Under the pieces are notes generated by a model. It was not told where the DNA came from. It searched no databases and saw only the letters and a program-made list of their open reading frames with translations. From Candidatus Jordarchaeia archaeon (GTDB lineage Archaea > Asgardarchaeota > Jordiarchaeia > Jordiarchaeales > Jordiarchaeaceae): a stretch of DNA of 19,738 bases. The position numbers and the translations under genes were made by a program. Positions 1 through 7,860 of this stretch are shown piece after piece (position 1 is the first letter of the stretch; every line of letters starts with the position of its first letter). Where the stretch lies: NCBI GenBank assembly GCA_029856435.1, contig JAHQXB010000130.1, forward strand, positions 1-19,738. The letters are read 5' to 3'.

Positions 1-406
1 GCCTAAGAGTGGAAGACCGCCCAAAGATCAGCGGTGAGGAGTTTCAGGAGGTGCTGGAGAAAAATCCCCGAGAGGAGGATTATCCGCTGGAGGTGTGGTC
101 TTTAAGGATTCTTCACGTCCACCTCAAAAGGAGGGGGGTTAACTACAACCTAAGATATATCTATGAGGAGATTAAGAAGCACGGCTTCAACCTAATTTAA
201 GCCCAGGCCCCAGCACTACAAGGCTGACCCTAAAAGCTGCTAAAGGTTTTAAAAAAATAAGGGAATTTCAGGCTGGCAGCACCCCTTCTGGTCTTTGAGG
301 ATGAAGCGGGACGCACCCCACCATGAAAATAAGAAGGGTCATAGCAAAAAGGGGCGGCAAGCCCATCATCAGGATAAATCTAAAACACAAGGGTGTCTTC
401 GTCTTT
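1..406 (+). mobile_element. IS630-family transposase remnant (pseudogene, several frameshifts, truncated at window start)
   Basis: IS630-like segments lie in successive frames: PKSGRPPK (2-25), winged-HTH ...PLEVWSLRIL...YNLRYIYEEIKKHGF (24-197), KPRPQHYKADPK (199-234), a T4A7 run (247-257) where IS630 elements typically frameshift, the first DDE Asp motif LLVFEDEAG (285-311), and IRRVIAKRGGKPIIRIN..HKGVFVF (323-406). I saw no further DDE similarity after ~406. Confidence 0.85.
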
Positions 407-1059
407 CTGCGCCCCCTAAAAGGCGGTGGGGTGGGTTCTGAGGTGTTTGTTATGTTGAGCCGGACTTTTCTTATTGTGGTTTTTGATTGCTCATTTTTAC
501 GGATTGGAGGGTTGGTGTGGGGGTTATTTCTGATTAAAATTGGGTGGTGGAAAAGGGTAAGAGGGGGGAAGCAGGGCGGGTTGGAGGATTGGTGTACAGG
601 GGCTTTTCTTGGGGGTGGTATGCTTTCCAGTCTGTGGGGATCTAGTTTCGCACTGGTTTGTTTGAGGTGGGAAGGTACACTGTGATCTGGGAATTGAAAT
701 TGCAATGGTGGGGTGGATTCTTGGTGATGGAATAACTTTGTGAGTAGTGCTGTTTCAGACACGTGTCCACTTATGCATCTTTCAGAAATTGGAAATTTTA
801 AACTTCTGGATGTTTTCTCAAAGATTTACATTTTAACTATTCTCTGTGGCTCACGATTTTAGTTGGGTTCTTGGTAGATCCTAACCTAGTGCAAACTGAA
901 AATAGGTTTTGTGAAGCTTTTCTGTGTTGATTGGTTAAAGCTTATTAGTAGCCTTTTACCCTCTTTTGTTTATCCTGTGTGGTTTTATCATAACTCTTAA
1001 ATTGGTGGCGAATCCTTTAACACTTGGTGTGTTTATGTGAATTTTTGGAGACGGGAAAA

Positions 1060-2166
1060 ATGGCAGTGGAAAAGTATGCTGATGAGATAAGGTTTTGTGC
1101 TTCGTGTGCAAAGATGTGTCGTCATGTTTGCACTTCGGGCACCATTACCAAGTCTGAGACCGCTACGCCCTATGGGCGGTGCCTGCTTGCATATTATATT
1201 GTGAATGGGGTGCTTGAGCCTAGCGGAGAAATACTTGATGTCCTTTACCAGTGTACTACTTGTGGCTTGTGCCAGGCTAATTGTCTTTTGGACTATGATA
1301 TTCCTGGGGTGGTTGAGGCTCTGCGGGCGGAACTGGTGGAGAAGGGGTTGGCTAATGAGGATGCGGCTAGGCTTGCCGAGAATGCTGAGAAGGAGCATAA
1401 TCCTTATGGTGAGCCTCACTCGCAGCGTTTCTCCAAGTTGAGAGCCGCAAAAAATGAGAATCCCGAAGTGGTATACTTTGTGGGCTGCACTAGTGCTTAT
1501 CGTAATCCCGAGATTGCCGAGGCGGTTTTAAACATTTTGGAGCGGGCTGGTGTTGGCTACACGGTTTTGGATGATGAGTGGTGTTGTGGTTCTCCAATTC
1601 TTAGGGCTGGTTACAGAAGGCAGGCTAGGGAGTTGATGAAGCACAACCAGGAAATGATTAACAGTCTGAACGCCAAAACCATTGTTACGCCCTGCGCCGG
1701 ATGTTACAAGACTCTGAAGCAGGATTACCCGGAGCAGGGGTTTCCCCTAAAAGCCGAAGTGCTACATGCATCAGAATTCATCCAGAAACTAATAGACGAG
1801 AAGAAAATCAAATTCGACAAAAAAATTAAAAAAGTTGTAACCTACCACGACCCCTGCCACTTGGGGAGGCACTCCGAAATTTATGATGCTCCCCGAAGGC
1901 TCTTGAAACAGATTCCGGGAGTGGAACTGGTGGAAATGGAGTTTAACAGGGAGAATGCTCACTGCTGTGGAAGTGGTGGCGGGATGGAAGCAACCTACCC
2001 CGAGGTGGCGGAGCAAGCGGGAAGAAGAAGAGTGGAAGAAGCTAAAGAAACAGGAGCCAAAATCTTAGCCACCTGTTGCCCCTTCTGCAAAAAACAACTA
2101 CTGAAAGCTGGCAAAGACGAAATCGAAGTCTACGATGTCGCCGAACTCATAGCCCAATGCCTGTAA
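1060..2166 (+). CDS. HdrD/GlpC-like Fe-S oxidoreductase subunit (two ferredoxin-type Cys clusters plus two CCG domains)
   Basis: CASCAKMCRHVC and CTTCGLCQANC; CCG-domain motifs YFVGC...WCCG...TPCAGC and YHDPCHLGR...CCGSGGG...TCCPFC. ATG 1060 follows GGAG (1047-1050); the ORF track starts at 1024. Confidence 0.88.
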   Translation: MAVEKYADEIRFCASCAKMCRHVCTSGTITKSETATPYGRCLLAYYIVNGVLEPSGEILDVLYQCTTCGLCQANCLLDYDIPGVVEALRAELVEKGLANEDAARLAENAEKEHNPYGEPHSQRFSKLRAAKNENPEVVYFVGCTSAYRNPEIAEAVLNILERAGVGYTVLDDEWCCGSPILRAGYRRQARELMKHNQEMINSLNAKTIVTPCAGCYKTLKQDYPEQGFPLKAEVLHASEFIQKLIDEKKIKFDKKIKKVVTYHDPCHLGRHSEIYDAPRRLLKQIPGVELVEMEFNRENAHCCGSGGGMEATYPEVAEQAGRRRVEEAKETGAKILATCCPFCKKQLLKAGKDEIEVYDVAELIAQCL

Positions 2167-2342
2167 AAAAAGGCCACAGAAACCCTCCATCCTTCTTTTG
2201 ACCTTTATGGGCAATAATTTTTCTTCTTTTGCAGGATTTTGTTTGATGGTTATCTCCACTATGTGAGGAAGATTATATTCCCTCTCTGATCATCTAATGT
2301 TTGCCATGGGCGTCTTAAAATCTATAATTGGGTTGTGATGGT

Positions 2343-3122
2343 TTGCCTGAGCTTCCGGAGGTTGAATTTTTCAAGTCTATTATAGAGGAGTGTCTTTTTT
2401 TGGAGATTGAGAGTTTTGGGGTTCGAGACGAGCAATTTTTAGCTACTCCCGTTTGGGATTATGGGGGAATTTTGGTTGGGAACGAGTTTGTTGGTGTTGG
2501 TCGGAGGGGCAAGTTTCTGGTTGTGGATTTGCGTCTTTACTCGTTGAAACTGGTTTTTCATTTCGGTATGACAGGTGGTTTAAGCTACAATAAAACTGGA
2601 GAGCCTGAGGAGAAGCATGTGCGTGTGGTGTTTCGCTTCGTTAACGGCTACGAGTTGAGAGTGATTGACCAGAGAAGATTCGGTAAGCTCTACTTGGTGG
2701 AGGACATGGTTCAGGTGAAGACTATTAGGAATATGGGTGGGGAGCCCTTAGAAATGGATGAGAAGAATTTCCTAGAAATTTGTGATAAGCACCCGAGGAG
2801 GGCTGCTAAGAGCTTTCTTATGGATCAAAGTATAATTGCTGGTATAGGGAATATTTATTCTGACGAAATACTTTTTCAGGCGGGTGCGAGGCCCTATAGA
2901 AAAATTGGGGAATTAACCGATGCGGAGAAGAGGAGACTATTCCAAAAAATGAGGGAGGTTTTGGAGAAAATGGTTAGAGCCGAAGCAAATTTTGATGGGT
3001 TTAAAGATTTCCTGCTGCTTTACAGGGAGAGGGGCGCTAAATGTCCAAGATGTGGAGGGGCGCTGGAAACTCTTAAAATAGCTAATAGAACTTCCTATTA
3101 CTGCCTTAGGTGCCAGGGCTGA
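2343..3122 (+). CDS. mutM: Fpg/Nei-family DNA glycosylase/AP lyase
   Basis: TTG start gives N-terminal PELPEVE (catalytic Pro2/Glu3). Also RRGKFL, HFGMTG, DQRRFGKL, H2TH motif LMDQSIIAGIGNIYSDEILF and a C-terminal zinc finger CPRC...YYCLRCQ. Confidence 0.93.
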   Translation: MPELPEVEFFKSIIEECLFLEIESFGVRDEQFLATPVWDYGGILVGNEFVGVGRRGKFLVVDLRLYSLKLVFHFGMTGGLSYNKTGEPEEKHVRVVFRFVNGYELRVIDQRRFGKLYLVEDMVQVKTIRNMGGEPLEMDEKNFLEICDKHPRRAAKSFLMDQSIIAGIGNIYSDEILFQAGARPYRKIGELTDAEKRRLFQKMREVLEKMVRAEANFDGFKDFLLLYRERGAKCPRCGGALETLKIANRTSYYCLRCQG

Positions 3123-3136
3123 TTTAAAACCATTTC

Positions 3137-4879
3137 TTGAAACTATTCACCTTAAAGGAGCGGTTAGGTCTGAAGAACTTTGAGATTGCAAGGATTCTAG
3201 AAAACATAGCCTTTTACTTAGAAATGTTTGGCGAAACCAAGTTTAGGATTAGAGCCTTCCAGAATGCAGCGAAAATTATAGAGTCCCTACCAGAAGACAT
3301 AGCCGATGTTTACCGCAGGGGGGAGGTATCCACCATTCCCGGAATTGGTGCGGCGATCGCGGAGATTATTGGTGAACTGGTTGAAACTGGTACCGCAAAG
3401 ATTTACCAGGAGTTCAGGGAGAAGTATCCCGTCAACATAGAGGAATTGTCAGCAGTCGAGGGTTTGGGGCCCAAGAGAATTAAGCTTCTCTACGAAAAGT
3501 TGAAAATTAAAAATTTGGAAGAGCTGGAAAAGGCAGCCCGGGAACACAGGATAAGAAGGGTTAAAACTCTGGGCGTGAAAACAGAGAAAAACCTGCTTAA
3601 AGCAGTGGAGTTTGCAAAAAAGAGCAAGGATAGACTGCTCCTGGCATACGCGGATGAGATTGCCGGGGATCTAGTTGAGAAATTGGGGTCTCTGAGCTTT
3701 GTGGAGCGCATTACTGTCGCTGGCTCTTATAGGAGGAGGAAGGAGACTGTGGGAGATTTAGATATACTGGTAGTTTCTAAAAGGCCAGAAGCTGTCATGG
3801 ACTATTTCACCAGTTTGGAGAATGTGGGAATTGTTCTGGGTAAGGGGCCTGCCAAATCCTCCGTACTGCTAAAGGACGGCTTGCAGGTTGATGTTCGGGT
3901 CTTCGACGAGGAAATCTATGGTTCCGCTCTGCTCTACTTTACCGGCTCCAAGGAACACAACGTTAAACTGAGGATTGTAGCCATGGAAAAAGGTCTGAAA
4001 CTAAGCGAGTATGGAGTTTTCAGGGACGACAAACGAATAGCGGGAAGAACCGAAGAAGAGTGTTACAGGGCACTGGGACTAAGCTATATTGAGCCGGAGC
4101 TGAGGGAGGATATGGGTGAGGTTGAAGCTGCTAGAAAAAACAGTCTACCCCAACTGGTGGAGTACTCCGACATTAAGGGAGACTTCCACGTTCATAGCAA
4201 TTGGAGCGATGGGATGAATACCATATTGGATCTGGCTGAAGCTGCCAGAGAAAAAAATTATCAGTACCTGTGCATTTCTGACCATGTGGGAGCCCTAAAA
4301 GTCGCTGGAGCAATGGATGAGGAGAGTTTGAGGAAGCAGATGGAGGAGATTGATAAGCTTAACGGTAGGCTGGACGATTTCCGGATTCTAAAGGGGGCGG
4401 AGGTCAACATCACCGCTGAGGGAAACCTTGACCTGAGCGTTGGCCTCATTAAAGAATTGGATGTGGTTCTTGCTGGGATACACTCAGGTTTCAGGGCAAG
4501 TAAGGAAGCCATCACAAAGAGGGTTATTAAAGCCATGGAGAGTGGTTTAATGCATATACTCGTCCACCCCACGGGGAGAATAATTAATAGGAGAGCGCCC
4601 TGCGAAATAGATTTAGGCGCCATAATGGATACAGCAAAGGAATTGGGCATTGCACTGGAGATAAACGCTTTTCCCGACAGGCTCGATCTTAGGGACGTTC
4701 AAATAAAGTCCGCCGTGGACAAGGGAGTCAGTCTGGTTCTGGGTACCGATTCCCATAGTTGTAACCACCTAAACTATATGAGGTTTGGGGTTGACCAGGC
4801 TAGGAGGGGTTGGTGCACTAAAAGAGGCTTGATCAATACTTTAAGCCTCTCAGAGCTTGAAAAAAGATTCGATATTTAA
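3137..4879 (+). CDS. polX: Family X DNA polymerase with C-terminal PHP domain
   Basis: HhH repeats (IPGIG, VEGLGPK), AGSYRR, GDLDILV (DxD), QVDVR, YFTGSKEHN. PHP metal ligands HVHS..SDG, SDH, GAEV, IHS, HPTGR, EIN, GTDSH. The true start may be CTG 3170. Confidence 0.95.
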   Translation: MKLFTLKERLGLKNFEIARILENIAFYLEMFGETKFRIRAFQNAAKIIESLPEDIADVYRRGEVSTIPGIGAAIAEIIGELVETGTAKIYQEFREKYPVNIEELSAVEGLGPKRIKLLYEKLKIKNLEELEKAAREHRIRRVKTLGVKTEKNLLKAVEFAKKSKDRLLLAYADEIAGDLVEKLGSLSFVERITVAGSYRRRKETVGDLDILVVSKRPEAVMDYFTSLENVGIVLGKGPAKSSVLLKDGLQVDVRVFDEEIYGSALLYFTGSKEHNVKLRIVAMEKGLKLSEYGVFRDDKRIAGRTEEECYRALGLSYIEPELREDMGEVEAARKNSLPQLVEYSDIKGDFHVHSNWSDGMNTILDLAEAAREKNYQYLCISDHVGALKVAGAMDEESLRKQMEEIDKLNGRLDDFRILKGAEVNITAEGNLDLSVGLIKELDVVLAGIHSGFRASKEAITKRVIKAMESGLMHILVHPTGRIINRRAPCEIDLGAIMDTAKELGIALEINAFPDRLDLRDVQIKSAVDKGVSLVLGTDSHSCNHLNYMRFGVDQARRGWCTKRGLINTLSLSELEKRFDI

Positions 4880-4904
4880 TTTTTTGAATCAGGGCTCAAG
4901 GTTG

Positions 4905-4992
4905 GGGGGCTTTTCAATTTTAGTAAACATGTAGGGGTTTAAACCCCAACTTTTTCCACTGTACGTTTGGGGGCTTTTCAATGTTAGTAAAC
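4905..4992. repeat. Pair of 24-bp direct repeats around a 14-bp perfect palindrome
   Basis: GGGGGCTTTTCAATTTTAGTAAAC (4905-4928) and GGGGGCTTTTCAATGTTAGTAAAC (4969-4992) match 23/24. The 40-bp spacer contains GGGGTTTAAACCCC (4934-4947). Confidence 0.85.
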
Positions 4993-5253
4993 GCCTCCTC
5001 TCAATATGACTTCACCAGTAGCGAGGAATGTTTTTAGAGATTTTTATAATGGGGGCGTCTGTCTTGTGATGTTGCGTGCCAAGAAACATTGGAGCTTAAG
5101 AGACGGGTCTAGTTTTTTTGAAAATTTTTTCTTCAGATGTCGATGAAAACATTCTTTGGAATCGAAGGACTTATAACTTAGAAGTAATAAAACATATACA
5201 ATATAGAAAAAATTTTTTGAGGTTCATGAAAAAAATTGTTGGGGTGAGAATGA

Positions 5254-5547
5254 ATGGAAGCAGCAAAGCCTAAGCCTAAGCCGAAGCCCAAAGCGGCTGA
5301 TCCGTTGAACACTGCTCTAGCTTGGGAGAAGAAGACGATTGAGACTTACACGAAGATGGAGAAGGACGCGGAGAAGAAGAATGATAGGATGTTAATGAGC
5401 GTATTTGGGGATCTTAGAAGGGACGCAGAGAAACATGTCAGAAAGATTCAGGACACCATAGAGAAGAGGAAGAGGGAAGAAGAGAAGCGAAAAGAGAAAG
5501 AGAGGTTGGAGAAGGAGAAGCTTAAGGCTGCGAAGGCCAAAAAGTAG
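5254..5547 (+). CDS. Small Lys-rich protein with a single ferritin/rubrerythrin-like helix pair
   Basis: GGTGA SD upstream. LNTALAWEKKTIETY...VFGDLRRDAEKHVRKI resembles one ferritin-like helix pair. N-terminal (KP)4K and C-terminal K/E/R-rich coiled coil. The family call is tentative. Confidence 0.6.
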   Translation: MEAAKPKPKPKPKAADPLNTALAWEKKTIETYTKMEKDAEKKNDRMLMSVFGDLRRDAEKHVRKIQDTIEKRKREEEKRKEKERLEKEKLKAAKAKK

Positions 5548-5675
5548 CGTTTATAAGCCCTTTTCCTGTCTCAACTCAGAAATGTCGACAGCTTCTGACC
5601 TTCCCTATTTTTTATTCTCCCTTTTTTGTGTACTTGCTCCCACTCATTTTTTTAATGTTTCAACAAATTGGTTTA

Positions 5676-6065
5676 GTGACTGGGTTGAAGAATAAGTGTG
5701 AGAGGTGTGGTAGCACGCTTGGTGTGCAGGAAGTGGTGGAAAAGGGTAGGAGTGTTTTTCTTTGTGGTAGTTGCCGTATGGGGAAAAGAATCACTATTAG
5801 GGATTTGCTTAATGAAGTTAAGTGGGATAAGAGGCATGACCCTGAATCGTATTCAATAATTTTTATTCACAGAACAGATGAGGGGGACACAAAGGAAATT
5901 CCCTATTCCAGCATTACCGAGATCGGCAGTGGCTACTTCGCCTACTCTTACATGGGGGATGAGGCCACCATTCCCTTCCACAGGGTGCTTCTAATCATAA
6001 ACAGGAAAACTGGGGATATACTAATAGACCGGCGGGTTCGAAAGAAATCAAAAAAAGAACATTAA
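5676..6065 (+). CDS. Zn-ribbon fused to MJ1316/DUF504 (RNA cyclic-end recognition) domain
   Basis: N-terminal CERC...CGSC. C-terminal IRDLLNEVKWD...YSIIFIHR...KEIPY...IPFHRVLLI...GDILIDRR matches the DUF504 pattern. Start is GTG 5676 or TTG 5685; the ORF-track extension to 5628 lies in a T-rich terminator-like tract. Confidence 0.75.
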   Translation: MTGLKNKCERCGSTLGVQEVVEKGRSVFLCGSCRMGKRITIRDLLNEVKWDKRHDPESYSIIFIHRTDEGDTKEIPYSSITEIGSGYFAYSYMGDEATIPFHRVLLIINRKTGDILIDRRVRKKSKKEH

Positions 6066-6172
6066 CATTTTTAGAAGTGATGTCCTCAATCTCTCAAGGA
6101 GGGGAAACTGGTGTTTTTAGGTAAAGTATATAGTCTTGTTCTCCTATTTTGTAATAGTTGCGGTGTTTGGTG

Positions 6173-6766
6173 ATGTTTTTGGGTGTGGTTCCTAAGACTA
6201 AGGTTTGGTTGGAGTTTGATGGTGAGTCTCTTCTGGGTAAGGGTGGAGCTGAACTTCTAGAAAATATTGATAGGACGGGTTCCCTCGCCCAAGCTGCTAG
6301 GAATCTAAACATTTCCTACAGGTATGCTTGGGGATACCTGAAAAAAATTGAGAAGAGGATTGGGAGACCCGTGGTTGAAACCTTTAAGGGTGGGATGGAT
6401 GGAGGAGGGGGAATGAAACTCACTCCGGTGGGAAAATATCTTCTTCGTAGGTATAACCGTTTTGAGAGTTTCATCGGGCACGCACTGGAGAATTCAGAGC
6501 TGTGGGAGGCCTGCGGTTTTTCCATCCCGGACAAAAACAGGCTGAATGGAGAAATAGTAAAGGTGGAGATGGATGATGCCACCGCCCTTGTTCAGATAGA
6601 GTTGAAAAAACCATTTACTCTAAAATCCATAATCACAACCAACTCTACTGAGGATTTGGAAATAGAGAAGGGCAGCAGGGTGGAAGTATTCATAAAGTCC
6701 ACTGAGGTAATGGTGGATAAACAGGAACAGGTAACCTTTAATGATGAGGGAGGAAATCAAAGTTGA
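6173..6766 (+). CDS. modE: ModE-type molybdate/tungstate-responsive regulator (wHTH plus one TOBE domain)
   Basis: KVWL...LGKG..ELLENIDRTGSLAQAARNLNISYRYAW...GG..GGG..LTP.G wHTH signature, then a TOBE domain (NRLNGEI...IITTNS..DLEI..G..V...IKSTEV). Start is ATG 6173 or GTG 6185. Confidence 0.88.
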   Translation: MFLGVVPKTKVWLEFDGESLLGKGGAELLENIDRTGSLAQAARNLNISYRYAWGYLKKIEKRIGRPVVETFKGGMDGGGGMKLTPVGKYLLRRYNRFESFIGHALENSELWEACGFSIPDKNRLNGEIVKVEMDDATALVQIELKKPFTLKSIITTNSTEDLEIEKGSRVEVFIKSTEVMVDKQEQVTFNDEGGNQS

Positions 6767-6969
6767 AGTTGAGCGCCAGAAACCAAATGAAGGGTACCGT
6801 AACAAACGTTGAAAAGGGTGTCATTACTTCGAGAGTCAGCATAAGGGTAGAAGCTCCGGTAACCATAACTGCGGTCATAACAAAAGAAGCAGCAGAAGAG
6901 CTAAAGTTGAAGGTGGGCGACAGGGTACAGGCAATAATAAAGGCTACAGAAGTAATCATCGGGAAGTAA
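6763..6969 (+). CDS. mop: Molbindin (Mop), stand-alone TOBE protein
   Basis: MKLSARNQ.KG.V...ITAVIT..A..EL.LKVGD.V.AIIKATEV. The TTG start overlaps the modE stop (TTGA, 6763-6766). Confidence 0.92.
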   Translation: MKLSARNQMKGTVTNVEKGVITSRVSIRVEAPVTITAVITKEAAEELKLKVGDRVQAIIKATEVIIGK

Positions 6970-7070
6970 AACTGCTGCAGATCCCCCTAACCAGTGCAAC
7001 GGGAAACAGGTGACCGAAAACTTGTTTCAATGGTTGTTTTCGACTGGTGTTGGAGAGTTACTTTTTCCTC

Positions 7071-7086
7071 AAAAGTTTTTTATAAG
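7071..7086 (+). promoter_or_regulatory. Putative BRE/TATA for the PAP2-like gene
   Basis: AAAAGTTTTTTATAAG lies inside the N-terminal extension of the 6994 ORF, which suggests that extension is non-coding. Confidence 0.4.
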
Positions 7087-7200
7087 ACTGTTTCAAAAAG
7101 TAGAGTTTCAGTGCTGTTTAGAGGTGTGTGTTTGAATCCCAATTTTGCTGTGAGGGACAGAGAGCATGAGGAAAGGGGAGGGAACGGTTCGGCGCCTAAT

Positions 7201-7860
7201 TTGAAGAGTGGGAAAAGTGGCGCTTTGCGCGCCGCGGATTTGGTGTCCAAGATGGTTACTCCCCAACTTGTGGGTGTAGTGGTGGTATTAATATTCTCTT
7301 TTTTGTCGCCCATTGGTACGGGGCCTAGGCTTAACTCTTTGGAGTGTTTCCTTACTGGAATTGTTTTCATTGTTGTTCTTCCCATATCTCCAGTTCTGGT
7401 TGCATATGCTTTGGGTAAAGTGGACATTTGGGTTTCTTCGCGTGAGGCTAGAACTCCCTATTTTGTCTGGGCCATTTTAATGTATGCTGTAGGTACACTC
7501 ATATTTTTTTATGCAGAATCCATAGCTATGTACGCCATTTCCCTAACTTACGTATTTGTCACCCTATCTGTAACTCTAATTAACTTGAAGTGGAAAATCA
7601 GCATACACGCAGCGGGTATTTCTGGGCCCTCAACGGCTCTGGCATACGTTTTCGGCATATTGGCTTTTCCCTCGCTGTTTTTCATAATTTTAGTTGTTTG
7701 GGCCAGAGCCAAGTTAAAAGCACACACCTTAGGGCAATCAGTAGCGGGAGCAATAGTCGCGGTTCCCATCGCCCTCGGCTCCTACGCTCTAGTTTACCCC
7801 ACGTGGAACCCGGTTTTCTGGTTCACCATTTTACTTCACAATCTCCTAGCGCTATTCTAA
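7201..7860 (+). CDS. PAP2-superfamily integral membrane protein
   Basis: Several hydrophobic helices; KISIH (motif-2-like) and WARAKLKAHTLGQ (R-x5-H, motif-3-like). Start probably TTG 7201 or 7225 rather than 6994. Confidence 0.7.
   Translation: MKSGKSGALRAADLVSKMVTPQLVGVVVVLIFSFLSPIGTGPRLNSLECFLTGIVFIVVLPISPVLVAYALGKVDIWVSSREARTPYFVWAILMYAVGTLIFFYAESIAMYAISLTYVFVTLSVTLINLKWKISIHAAGISGPSTALAYVFGILAFPSLFFIILVVWARAKLKAHTLGQSVAGAIVAVPIALGSYALVYPTWNPVFWFTILLHNLLALF

Noticed and set aside
406-432. CCCCCTAAAAGGCGGTGGGG resembling an IS200/IS605 end hairpin
   Set aside because: Pairing is imperfect, there is no second end, and no tnpA or tnpB sequence is nearby.
723-735. GGTGATG as a possible third MITE end
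   Set aside because: The match stops after 7 nt, and there is no partner end or TSD about 109 bp away.
268-762. Minus-strand 164-aa ORF and the C-terminal part of the 323-685 ORF
   Set aside because: The Pro/His/Thr-rich and Gly/Trp/Leu-rich translations simply reflect a G/T-skewed tract. There are no recognisable motifs, and the region overlaps the IS630 remnant.
4905-4992. CRISPR array call
   Set aside because: Only two repeat units, no third copy at plus or minus 64 bp, and no cas genes. Kept only as an unexplained repeat.
6994-7200. 69-codon N-terminal extension of the PAP2-like ORF
   Set aside because: It contains T-tracts and a TATA-like element and has no membrane-protein character, so it is probably intergenic.
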